Of a stretch of 61,418 nucleotides of DNA, positions 21,163 through 29,809 are shown one piece after another (position 1 is the first letter of the stretch; each line of letters opens with the position of its first letter). The position numbers and the translations under genes were made by a program. This stretch comes from Bacilli bacterium (GTDB lineage Bacteria > Bacillota_I > Bacilli_A > RF39 > UBA660), in contig JAFRIU010000021.1 in assembly GCA_017432645.1 (NCBI GenBank), positions 1 to 61,418 on the forward strand. The letters are read 5' to 3'. The notes below the pieces were generated by a model. That model was given only the letters and a program-made list of their open reading frames with translations, was not told the DNA's origin and ran no database searches.

Positions 21163-23142
21163 ATGATCGGTACTATTGAGGAAATCATCGACAACACAGT
21201 ATTTGTAAAGCTGTCTATTAATATTAATAATCAGCCTAATTTGGTAAGCTTACATGTTGTTTTTGAAGATGGTTCAGAACGAAAAGTAGTTGGTGAAATT
21301 ACTAATACAAATCAAACTAGAATGACAGTTACCTTGGTAGGAGAAATTAAAGATAATCAGTTTACTGCTGGTGCTAGCATTAAGCCATCTTTTAAGTCAA
21401 ATATTCGTTTAATTCGTAAAGATGAATTGGCTCTTCTTTTTGGTAAACAGGATTTGGAACAAGGTTATACTAATTTCGGAATTAGTAATATTTATCATAA
21501 TTATAAAATTAATATTCCTGTTCACTCTTTTTTCAGCGGACATTTCTGTATTATTGGAAATTCCGGTTCTGGTAAGAGCTGTGGGGTTGCTTCTATTTTA
21601 CAGAATTTGTATTTAAGTACTCCAAATCCTCCTGTGCATTCCTCTTTCTTTTTCTTTGATGCTTATGGAGAGTATTCTGCTGCGTTTTCTTCTTTGAATG
21701 AGAAGAATCCACAGTTAAGTTATAAATCTTATACAACTAATATTATTAATCCAGAGGCAGAAATTTTAAGAATTCCTATATGGTTATTGGATGTTGATGA
21801 TTTGGCTTTGCTCTTAGATGCAACGGATCCTGCCCAATTACCTATTATTGAAAAAACATTGAAACTTGTTCCTATTTTGACTGGGACAGGAGATCTTGTT
21901 ATTAAAAGAAAAAATGATATTATTGCTAGAGCATTACAAGATATTTTGTTAAGTGGAAATGATTCTACTAAAATTCGAGATCAAGTAATTGGAGTTCTTA
22001 CAAAATTTAATACTCCTACTTTAAAATTAGATAGTCCTATTGTACAGCCAGGATATACTAGATCTTTGAAACAGTGTTTATTTGTAGATAAAACTGGTAA
22101 GATGCAAGAAATGGAATTGGTAGTAGAGTTTATTCGAAGCTTTATTATTGAGAATGAAATTGAAATTCCAGAAGAGGAATTGAATCGTTTTTATTCTCTT
22201 TCTGATTTGGAAATGGCAATGGAATTTGCTTTAGTTAGTGAAGGAATTTTGAAGAGTGATAAAGTTTATGATACAGCTAATATTGTTAGTGTACGTCTAC
22301 ACTCTTTAGTAACAGGAGATAATCGACATTACTTTGATTATCCAAAGTATCTTACAAGAGAACAATTTATTGATACTTTATTGTGGGATCAAGAGAAAAA
22401 TATGTTTGCTCAAATTGTTAATTTTAACATTAATTATATTGATGATCGTATGGCAAAAGTTATTGCGAAGATTATTTCTAGAATGCTATTCTTGCAGATG
22501 AGTCATTCTAAGAAACGTGCTAATAGAGCTTTTCATATTGTAATGGAGGAAGCTCATCGTTATGTTCAACATGATCATGATGTAGATCTATTTGGATATA
22601 ATATTTTTGAGAGAATTACCAAGGAAGGAAGAAAATATGGAGTCTTTTTAGCTCTCATTACGCAAAGACCTAGTGAACTTTCTGATACTTGTGTTTCGCA
22701 ATGTTCTAATTTCTTGATATTTAGAACAATTCACCCTGTGGATTTGAAATATATAAAAGAGATTGTACCAAATGTTTCTCAGGAAATATCTTTACAACTT
22801 AAAAATTTAAAGCCTGGTAATTGTATCGCTTTTGGTTCTGCTTTTAGAGTACCTACTGTTATGTATGTTCCTTTACCGGATCCTATGCCATTATCTAATG
22901 ATGTTGATTTGGATTCTGTTTGGTATCATGGAGGAGAAGCAGATGATCAGGGAGATGTTATGAATATTATGACTAATCAGGCATCTCAGCAAAAGTTTTT
23001 GGATACTATTGGGACAGTAGCTCCTGTTTCTCCAGCCGCCATTCAACCTGTAGCACCAATTGGAGTACAGGTAGTGGGAAATACTAATGCTTCTGCTCAA
23101 CCGGCAGGCAATACGTTTTTTAATTATCCTACGGGATCTTGA
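21163..23142 (+). CDS. HerA-like (DUF87) ATPase
   Basis: N-terminal barrel-like segment. Walker A IIGNSGSGKSCG. Walker B HIVMEEAHRY. ITQRPSEL motif. Start set at MIGTIEE after RBS gagggtga. Confidence 0.7.
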   Translation: MIGTIEEIIDNTVFVKLSININNQPNLVSLHVVFEDGSERKVVGEITNTNQTRMTVTLVGEIKDNQFTAGASIKPSFKSNIRLIRKDELALLFGKQDLEQGYTNFGISNIYHNYKINIPVHSFFSGHFCIIGNSGSGKSCGVASILQNLYLSTPNPPVHSSFFFFDAYGEYSAAFSSLNEKNPQLSYKSYTTNIINPEAEILRIPIWLLDVDDLALLLDATDPAQLPIIEKTLKLVPILTGTGDLVIKRKNDIIARALQDILLSGNDSTKIRDQVIGVLTKFNTPTLKLDSPIVQPGYTRSLKQCLFVDKTGKMQEMELVVEFIRSFIIENEIEIPEEELNRFYSLSDLEMAMEFALVSEGILKSDKVYDTANIVSVRLHSLVTGDNRHYFDYPKYLTREQFIDTLLWDQEKNMFAQIVNFNINYIDDRMAKVIAKIISRMLFLQMSHSKKRANRAFHIVMEEAHRYVQHDHDVDLFGYNIFERITKEGRKYGVFLALITQRPSELSDTCVSQCSNFLIFRTIHPVDLKYIKEIVPNVSQEISLQLKNLKPGNCIAFGSAFRVPTVMYVPLPDPMPLSNDVDLDSVWYHGGEADDQGDVMNIMTNQASQQKFLDTIGTVAPVSPAAIQPVAPIGVQVVGNTNASAQPAGNTFFNYPTGS

Positions 23143-23171
23143 TTGACAAGTTGTTGATTTCTCATTATAAT
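23143..23171 (+). promoter_or_regulatory. Consensus sigma-A promoter for the glyQS leader
   Basis: TTGACA (23143-23148), 17 nt, TATAAT (23166-23171). Confidence 0.65.
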
Positions 23172-23177
23172 ATGGTA

Positions 23178-23299
23178 CATAAGTGCGATGACTGGTGTGG
23201 AAAACCAAGAGCAGTATAGAAAAAAAGATGATTCTTCTAGAATAAATAAGGTGGAACCGCGGAAATATTTCGTCCTTATATGATTCTAGGAGTTTTTTT
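23178..23299 (+). promoter_or_regulatory. Glycine T-box leader (compact)
   Basis: Stem I base TGCGATGA...AGAGCA. T-box sequence AAGGTGGAACCGCGG (23248-23262). An antiterminator can be drawn (ATAAGG / bulge TGGAACC / GCGGAA..TTTCGT / CCTTAT). The UGGA bulge matches a U73 discriminator as in tRNA-Gly. A T-run lies at 23293-23299 before glyQS. Confidence 0.75.
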
Positions 23300-23317
23300 A
23301 TGAGTGGAGGAAAAAAT

Positions 23318-24688
23318 ATGAGTGATTTAAATATGGAAAAATTAGTAAATTATTGTAAACAATATGGATTTATTTTCCAAGGTAGTGAGATTTATGGTGG
23401 TCTTGCGAATACTTGGGATTATGGACCATTAGGGAGTAGATTAAAAAATGCTATTAAAGATAGTTGGAGAAAGAGATTTATCCAAGAAAGAAGCAATGCT
23501 TATGAAGTAGATGCTGCTATTTTGATGCATCCTAGAGTTTGGGAGGCTAGTGGACATGTTGGCTCTTTTTCCGATCCTTTAATTGATTGTAAGTACTGTA
23601 AGATGAGACATCGTGCGGATAATCTAATTGATGATTTTGATCCTAATGCTCATGCAGATGCTATGACACAAGAACAGATGATGGCCTATATTCGTGAAAA
23701 GAAGGTACCTTGTCCAAAATGTGGTAAGAGTGATTATACTGATATTCGCCAATTTAACTTAATGTTTGAGACACATAGAGGAGTGGTGGAAGATGGTAAA
23801 AACAAAGTATATTTAAGACCGGAAAATGCGCAAGGAGAGTATGTTAATTTTTTGAATGTTCAAAGGACTATGAGAGCCAAATTACCATTTAGTATTGGTC
23901 AAATTGGTAAAGCTTTTCGTAATGAGATTACACCAGGTAATTTTACATTCCGTACGATTGAATTCGAACAGATGGAATATCAAACCTTTTGTAAAGAAGG
24001 GGAAGATAGTCAACTATATCAATATTTTAAAGAATATGCTAAGAAGTATTTTATGGATTTAGGATTACCTGAAGAAAAATTAAGATATCATGATCATGAA
24101 AAATTAGCACATTATGCAAAAGAAGCTTGCGATATTGAGTATTCTTTCTGCTTTGGATGGGGAGAAATTAACGGAACGCATAACCGTACCAATTATGACC
24201 TTTCTCGTCACCAAGAGTATTCTACTGTTTCTCAAGAATATTTGGATCCAGAAACGAATGAAAAGTTTATTCCCTATATAGTTGAGTCTACTGTAGGTTG
24301 TGATCGAGCAGTACTTGCTATTTTAGATAATAGCTATTGTGAAGAGACTCTTGAAAATGGAGAAACTAGAGAAGTGATGAAGTTTATTCCATATTTAGCT
24401 CCTTATAAAGTATGTGTTTTACCTTTAGTAAAAAAATATCATAGTGAAAAAGCAGTTGAGATTTATCAAGAATTATCTAAGCATTTTATGGCGATGTATG
24501 ATGAAACTGGAAGTATTGGAAAACGTTATCGTAGAAACGATGCAATCGGAACACCTTGGTGTGTTACGATAGATGATGAAACTCTTTCTAATGGAACAGT
24601 TACTGTCCGTGATAGGGATACGATGGAGCAGATTACGATGCCAATCGATGAAGTGATAGATTATATTGAAAAACGAATTCAATTTTAA
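23318..24688 (+). CDS. glyQS: Glycine--tRNA ligase (alpha2 homodimeric type)
   Basis: Class II aaRS motifs (FRNEITPGNFTFRTIEFEQME; GIGKRYRRNDAIGTPWCVTID). Start chosen after GGAGG (MSDLNMEKL). Confidence 0.9.
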   Translation: MSDLNMEKLVNYCKQYGFIFQGSEIYGGLANTWDYGPLGSRLKNAIKDSWRKRFIQERSNAYEVDAAILMHPRVWEASGHVGSFSDPLIDCKYCKMRHRADNLIDDFDPNAHADAMTQEQMMAYIREKKVPCPKCGKSDYTDIRQFNLMFETHRGVVEDGKNKVYLRPENAQGEYVNFLNVQRTMRAKLPFSIGQIGKAFRNEITPGNFTFRTIEFEQMEYQTFCKEGEDSQLYQYFKEYAKKYFMDLGLPEEKLRYHDHEKLAHYAKEACDIEYSFCFGWGEINGTHNRTNYDLSRHQEYSTVSQEYLDPETNEKFIPYIVESTVGCDRAVLAILDNSYCEETLENGETREVMKFIPYLAPYKVCVLPLVKKYHSEKAVEIYQELSKHFMAMYDETGSIGKRYRRNDAIGTPWCVTIDDETLSNGTVTVRDRDTMEQITMPIDEVIDYIEKRIQF

Positions 24689-24708
24689 GACGGAGGGATG
24701 AAAAATTT

Positions 24709-25608
24709 ATGTGGTTTATGTATACCATACTGACATTTATTTGTTGGGGTGTTGCGGATTTATTTTATAAAATGGGAAATCAAGGCGAAGGAGAATATCA
24801 TCATTTAAAGACAGGAATTATGGTTGGTCTAGTGATGGGAATTCATGCTACTATTTTTATCTTATTTAATCATTCTTCTGTTGATTTGATGGATGTTATT
24901 CGGTATTTACCTATTTCTTTATGTTATATCGTTAGTATGATTGTAAGTTATAGAGGAATGAAATATCTAGAGCTATCTATTGTCAGTCCTGTTGAAAATA
25001 CTAGTGGTGTGATTACCGCTTTGTTGCTACTTATTTTCTTTAAGGAAACATTTGATTTTCCTTTCTACATTGCTGTATTTCTTATTTTTGTTGGTATTTT
25101 TATTATCTCTATGTTGGAGTTAAAAGAAGGTAGAAAAGAAAGAGAAGAGTATAAGAAAAAGAATCCTCTTTCTAGGATTTTTACTCTTACTATTCTTTTT
25201 CCATTAACGTATTGTTTTTTGGATGGATTAGGAACTTTTTTAGATGGTGTTTTTCTAGATAAGTTAGAACTAGTATCTGAAGATTCTGCTCTTATTGCTT
25301 ATGAATATACTTTTGCTTTTTATGCATTTGTTACGTATTTTTATCTAAGATGGAAGAAGCAAGATTTTCATATTCTTCAGGAAAAACCAAAACTTTGGGC
25401 AGCTCTTTTTGAAACAGGTGGACAATTCTTCTATGTTTATTCTATGGCAGAAAACTCTACAGTTGCCGCTCCTATTGTAGGTAGCTATTGTGTTTTATCT
25501 CTTCTTTTATCTCATGTCTTTTTACATGAAAAATTGTCGAAGAGGCAATATGTTGCAATTACTTTAGTTTTGATTGGAGTTTTTATACTAGCTGTTTTAG
25601 ATGTTTAG
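24709..25608 (+). CDS. DMT/EamA-like membrane transporter
   Basis: About 10 predicted TM helices in two EamA-like halves. Confidence 0.6.
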   Translation: MWFMYTILTFICWGVADLFYKMGNQGEGEYHHLKTGIMVGLVMGIHATIFILFNHSSVDLMDVIRYLPISLCYIVSMIVSYRGMKYLELSIVSPVENTSGVITALLLLIFFKETFDFPFYIAVFLIFVGIFIISMLELKEGRKEREEYKKKNPLSRIFTLTILFPLTYCFLDGLGTFLDGVFLDKLELVSEDSALIAYEYTFAFYAFVTYFYLRWKKQDFHILQEKPKLWAALFETGGQFFYVYSMAENSTVAAPIVGSYCVLSLLLSHVFLHEKLSKRQYVAITLVLIGVFILAVLDV

Positions 25609-25695
25609 CAAGAATTCATGAAAATGAATTCTTTTTGTCTGTATTGATATGATAGCAAAACAATGATATAGTGAGTATGAAAGAAGGGTATTCTC

Positions 25696-26265
25696 ATGAG
25701 TGTAGTTGAAGAAATGATTCCTGCTTTTGATATGAAGGAGTTTTTAAAACCTAATGAAGAAGATCGACCCAATGGAGCTTTTGCTATTATTACCGATCAA
25801 CAAGTTATTTTGAGTTATACAGAAAACCATGGAAAAGGACTTCATTATGATGCTATTAGTCAGGCTTTATGTGAAATCATGGAGGAAGATAAGGATGAAG
25901 ATTCTTTGGCTTATCTTAGAAGTATTTCTGCACAATATTTTATTGTCGTAAGAATGATTAATGAATTAGATTTAAATTATATTATTTTTGAATTGAACTC
26001 TTTACGTAGTATTACTCCAAATCAGCTTTCTTTGTTTCGGAAATTTATGAATCAGTATAATTCTCTTGTTTTTAATTTTTCGAAAGAAAGAGGAAAGTCT
26101 ACTGTTTTAGTAGAACTTCGAGGAAAAGAGTTATTTTACGATAGTTTAGAGCCTGTATATGATTATTTGAAGACTATTGTTGATGAGAGTAGGGTCATTC
26201 CTCAGGAATTAAAAGTGATTGGAGAGATTACTTTAGATTCTAATGAAAAGAAGGAGAGAATATGA
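25696..26265 (+). CDS. Hypothetical protein (paralog of the next gene)
   Basis: Clean ORF. Stop overlaps the downstream start (ATGA). Confidence 0.6.
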   Translation: MSVVEEMIPAFDMKEFLKPNEEDRPNGAFAIITDQQVILSYTENHGKGLHYDAISQALCEIMEEDKDEDSLAYLRSISAQYFIVVRMINELDLNYIIFELNSLRSITPNQLSLFRKFMNQYNSLVFNFSKERGKSTVLVELRGKELFYDSLEPVYDYLKTIVDESRVIPQELKVIGEITLDSNEKKERI

Positions 26266-26810
26266 TTGATTCCAAGAATTTAAAGTTGACACCATATGAA
26301 CTCTTAAAAAAGGCCAATGGAAAAGCCTTTAAGGGTGTTGGAGTTATCACGGATTATCAGTCTGTTTTTTATTCTAAGTCGGATGGTTATTTGAGAACTC
26401 ATTATGGAATGGTTTCTGAGGTAGAAAAAGAAATTTATTCTTCTTTAAATGATGCGCAAATTACGGAGATGGAGAATAAAGATGCTCATATATTTTTAAC
26501 GGAATATGAAGCAATCGTGAGTTTTCCTGATAATGTTAGAATTAGTCTTCCGCAAGTATACTTTATTTTGGAATTTGTTCAAAGTATTACTAGATATAAT
26601 AGAGAAGTAGATTCTAAGAGCAGGATTCCTATTCATATGGATTGGTATGGTAAACCAAAAACAATTTATGATATTCAAGAAATTGATGAGAAAAAAGTAA
26701 AGGAATGGAGTCGATATATTCGACAAACTGGAGATTTTTCTCATGAGAGAATTGTCGGAAAGAGATATTCTCAAAAAGAAGTAAATGAAAGTTATTTTCG
26801 TAAAAGATAA
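26262..26810 (+). CDS. Hypothetical protein (paralog of the previous gene)
   Basis: Shares the layout GVGVITDYQSVFYSKSD..HYGMVSE with GAFAIITDQQVILSYTE..HYDAISQ in the upstream protein. Confidence 0.6.
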   Translation: MIDSKNLKLTPYELLKKANGKAFKGVGVITDYQSVFYSKSDGYLRTHYGMVSEVEKEIYSSLNDAQITEMENKDAHIFLTEYEAIVSFPDNVRISLPQVYFILEFVQSITRYNREVDSKSRIPIHMDWYGKPKTIYDIQEIDEKKVKEWSRYIRQTGDFSHERIVGKRYSQKEVNESYFRKR

Positions 26811-26889
26811 ATAAAAATGCTAGAAAAATCTAGTATTTTTTATTTTTTTGTGATATAATCAAGGACGTTAAAAAAAGAGGTGGAGAGTA

Positions 26890-28713
26890 GTGGAAAAGAG
26901 AAATGTTGCGATTATTGCGCACGTCGATCATGGAAAGACAACGTTAGTGGATGGAATCTTAAAACACTCTGGAATGTTTCGTGAAAATGAAGATTTAAGT
27001 GATGTTTCAATGGATTCTAATTCTTTGGAAAAAGAAAGAGGAATTACCATTTTAGCGAAAACAACTGCTATGGATTATAAAGGAGTTCGTATCAATATCT
27101 TGGATACTCCAGGACATGCCGATTTTGGTGGAGAAGTTGAGAGAATTATGAATATGGTGGATGGGGTTTTACTTGTTGTAGATGCTTATGAAGGAGCTAT
27201 GCCTCAGACCAGATTCGTTCTAAAAAAAGCTTTTGAAGCAGGTGTTAAGCCCATTGTCGTTATCAATAAAGTGGATAAGCCCAGTGCTAGATGTAGCCAA
27301 GTAGTGGATGAAGTGTTAGATTTGTTTATTGAGTTAGGAGCTAATGAAGATCAATTGGATTTTAAGGTTTTGTATGCTTCTGCTGTCAATGGAACCTGTT
27401 CTTCTAGTGATGATTTATCTACTCAAACAGAAGGTTTTGGGGAAATACTAGATGCGATTATTGAAGAAATACCAGCTCCATCAGGAGATAAGAATAGCCC
27501 TTTACAATTCCAGCCAGCTTTACTTGATTACAATGAATTTGTAGGAAGAATTGGTATCGGACGTGTTCATAATGGTCAGATTAAAACAGGCGAAGTTGTT
27601 AGCTGTTGTCGTCTAGATGGTAGTGTAAAACAATTCCGTATTCAAAAATTATTTGGTTATTATGGTTATAGTCGTATTGAAATTGATTCGGCTGAAGCTG
27701 GGGATATTGTGGCAATTGCTGGTCTTAGTGATATTTCTGTTGGTGAAACGATTTGTGATAATCAGGACATTTTACCTTTGCCACCATTACATATTGATGA
27801 ACCAACTTTGCAGATGACTTTTGGTTCCAATTCTTCTCCAATGGTTGGGCGTGATGGTAAGATTGTTACAGCTAGAAAGATTGAGGAAAGATTGAATCGT
27901 GAAGTACAAAGAGATGTTTCTTTACGTGTAGAACCAGAGACTAACGAATCTTTCTTGGTAAGCGGAAGAGGAGAACTTCATTTAGGAATACTAATTGAAA
28001 ATATGCGAAGAGAAGGTTTTGAATTAGAAGTCTCTAAACCTAGAGTAATTGTCAAAGAAATTGATGGGGTTAAATATGAACCATACGAAGAACTACAAAT
28101 CGAAGTTCCAGAAGAATCTGTTGGAAATGTGATTGAACAGTTGGGGCTTCGTGGTGGTAAGATGGAAAATATGATGAATTTTGGCAACCAAGTTCGTCTA
28201 CTTTATACCATTCCTTCTCGTGGACTTATTGGATTCTCTACTGATTTTATGACTTTAACTAAGGGTTATGGAATTATGAATCATAGTTTCAAAGAATTTT
28301 TGCCTTATGAAAACGTAGAAGTTGGAGAAAGAAAATTTGGTGTTTTGGTTTCTATGGAAAATGGAAATGCTACTGCTTATTCTATTGGAAACTTGGAAGA
28401 TCGTGGAGTCATGTTTATTGAACCGGGTGAAGAAGTTTATGAGGGAATGGTAGTTGGAGAATGTAATCGTGAAAATGATTTAGCTGTCAATGTTGTAAAG
28501 GGAAAACAATTAACGAATACTCGTGCAGCTGGAAGTGATCATACCGTTGTTTTAAAACGACCAAGACCAATTTCTTTAGAATATGCTTTAGATTATATTA
28601 ACTCTGATGAGTTAGTAGAGGTTACACCACAGCACATTAGAATTCGTAAGAGAATTTTAAATACAGAAGAAAGAAAAAAACAGGATGCTAAGAATAAAAT
28701 GCAGTCTGAATAA
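26890..28713 (+). CDS. typA: Translational GTPase TypA/BipA
   Basis: [39 protein letters not shown] start after RBS gaggtgga. Confidence 0.92.
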   Translation: MEKRNVAIIAHVDHGKTTLVDGILKHSGMFRENEDLSDVSMDSNSLEKERGITILAKTTAMDYKGVRINILDTPGHADFGGEVERIMNMVDGVLLVVDAYEGAMPQTRFVLKKAFEAGVKPIVVINKVDKPSARCSQVVDEVLDLFIELGANEDQLDFKVLYASAVNGTCSSSDDLSTQTEGFGEILDAIIEEIPAPSGDKNSPLQFQPALLDYNEFVGRIGIGRVHNGQIKTGEVVSCCRLDGSVKQFRIQKLFGYYGYSRIEIDSAEAGDIVAIAGLSDISVGETICDNQDILPLPPLHIDEPTLQMTFGSNSSPMVGRDGKIVTARKIEERLNREVQRDVSLRVEPETNESFLVSGRGELHLGILIENMRREGFELEVSKPRVIVKEIDGVKYEPYEELQIEVPEESVGNVIEQLGLRGGKMENMMNFGNQVRLLYTIPSRGLIGFSTDFMTLTKGYGIMNHSFKEFLPYENVEVGERKFGVLVSMENGNATAYSIGNLEDRGVMFIEPGEEVYEGMVVGECNRENDLAVNVVKGKQLTNTRAAGSDHTVVLKRPRPISLEYALDYINSDELVEVTPQHIRIRKRILNTEERKKQDAKNKMQSE

Positions 28714-28831
28714 AATAATCTAGTTTGAAAATCTAGATTATTTTTTTGAAGAAAAACATGTTTTTTCATAAAAAAATATTGGCTATTTTATTTTGTTTTG
28801 TTATAATGTTATTAAGATAGAGGTGGCTGAG

Positions 28832-29485
28832 ATGGATCGTAAATTAAGTCGTAAAGAAAAAGCTGCTTTGCAAAGAACACAAGTATTAAATTTAAAAGAA
28901 TTTGAGGAAGTAGCTCGTTTTGAAAAACGTACTAGTAAAAAACCAGCAGTTTTGTTTGCAGTTTTAGGTTTTTTGTTGATTGCTTTTGGTATGGCCTTTC
29001 AAATGAAAGATTCTTTAGCTAGTAAAGAAGCAGCAAAAATTGAGAAGAGAAAAGTTTCTAAAGAAGTTGTCGCAACCCCTAAAGAAACGGCTTTAGAGTG
29101 TACTTTGACGTCTTTAAATAATGCTGATGGTACGGATACTGTTTATACTATTGATTATCATTTCCTTGATAAAAAATTAACAGGTTTCACGAAGATGTTT
29201 ACTGCGACTGCTACAGTCGGAGCTGAACTTGGTCCTGTTTCTATTCAAAATTATTTGAATGCTTATCCTGCTTTCTTAAATCCAATTGAAGGTTATCAAA
29301 TTACTGCTGTTCCTATTGTAAATGGTGTGGTAGTTACTGTTATTGTAGATTTTGATACTTTAGATTTATTAAAACTAAATCCAAAACAGCAAGAACACTT
29401 TAGTACTAGTATTGATTATCCATTAGATACCGAACTAAGTCAGATTCAACAAGAGATGTTCGCTGCCGGATTTCAATGTCAATAA
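28832..29485 (+). CDS. Hypothetical single-pass membrane-anchored protein
   Basis: MDRKLSRKEK... then TM PAVLFAVLGFLLIAFGMAF. Start moved to the Met after RBS gaggtgg. Confidence 0.55.
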   Translation: MDRKLSRKEKAALQRTQVLNLKEFEEVARFEKRTSKKPAVLFAVLGFLLIAFGMAFQMKDSLASKEAAKIEKRKVSKEVVATPKETALECTLTSLNNADGTDTVYTIDYHFLDKKLTGFTKMFTATATVGAELGPVSIQNYLNAYPAFLNPIEGYQITAVPIVNGVVVTVIVDFDTLDLLKLNPKQQEHFSTSIDYPLDTELSQIQQEMFAAGFQCQ

Positions 29486-29509
29486 AAAAAACTGCTTATG
29501 CAGTTTTTT
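29484..29509. terminator. Bidirectional terminator between convergent genes
   Basis: aaaaaaactgc-ttat-gcagtttttt. The rpmB stop codon lies in the loop. Confidence 0.7.
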
Positions 29510-29675
29510 CATTCTTTTTTAAAGTTCTAATTTCTTTTGTGGAAAGTCTAACTTTTGTACCATCTTCTAGTTTATAAACTTGTAAATTAATATTTTGCTT
29601 TGTTTTCGTAGCATTTAAAGCATGTGATCTTATATTTTTTACATTACCTTTTCTTCTTGAAACATTTACTGCCAT
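29496..29675 (-). CDS. rpmB: 50S ribosomal protein L28
   Basis: 59-aa ORF below the track cut-off: MAVNVSRRKGNVKNIRSHALNATKTKQNINLQVYKLEDGTKVRLSTKEIRTLKKNEKTA. Has the L28 signature SHA.N.TK....NLQ. RBS AAGGAGGG. Confidence 0.8.
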   Translation of the reverse strand: MAVNVSRRKGNVKNIRSHALNATKTKQNINLQVYKLEDGTKVRLSTKEIRTLKKNEKTA

Positions 29676-29809
29676 GCTATCCCTCCTTTAGTTTTTCCTC
29701 ATTTGCTTTATAACTTTAACATAAAATCGTTAGAAAGTCAAATGAAATACTATGTATTCTATTATTTTTTTATTATTCTATGATAAAATATAGAAAAGGA
29801 GGAAGAGAT

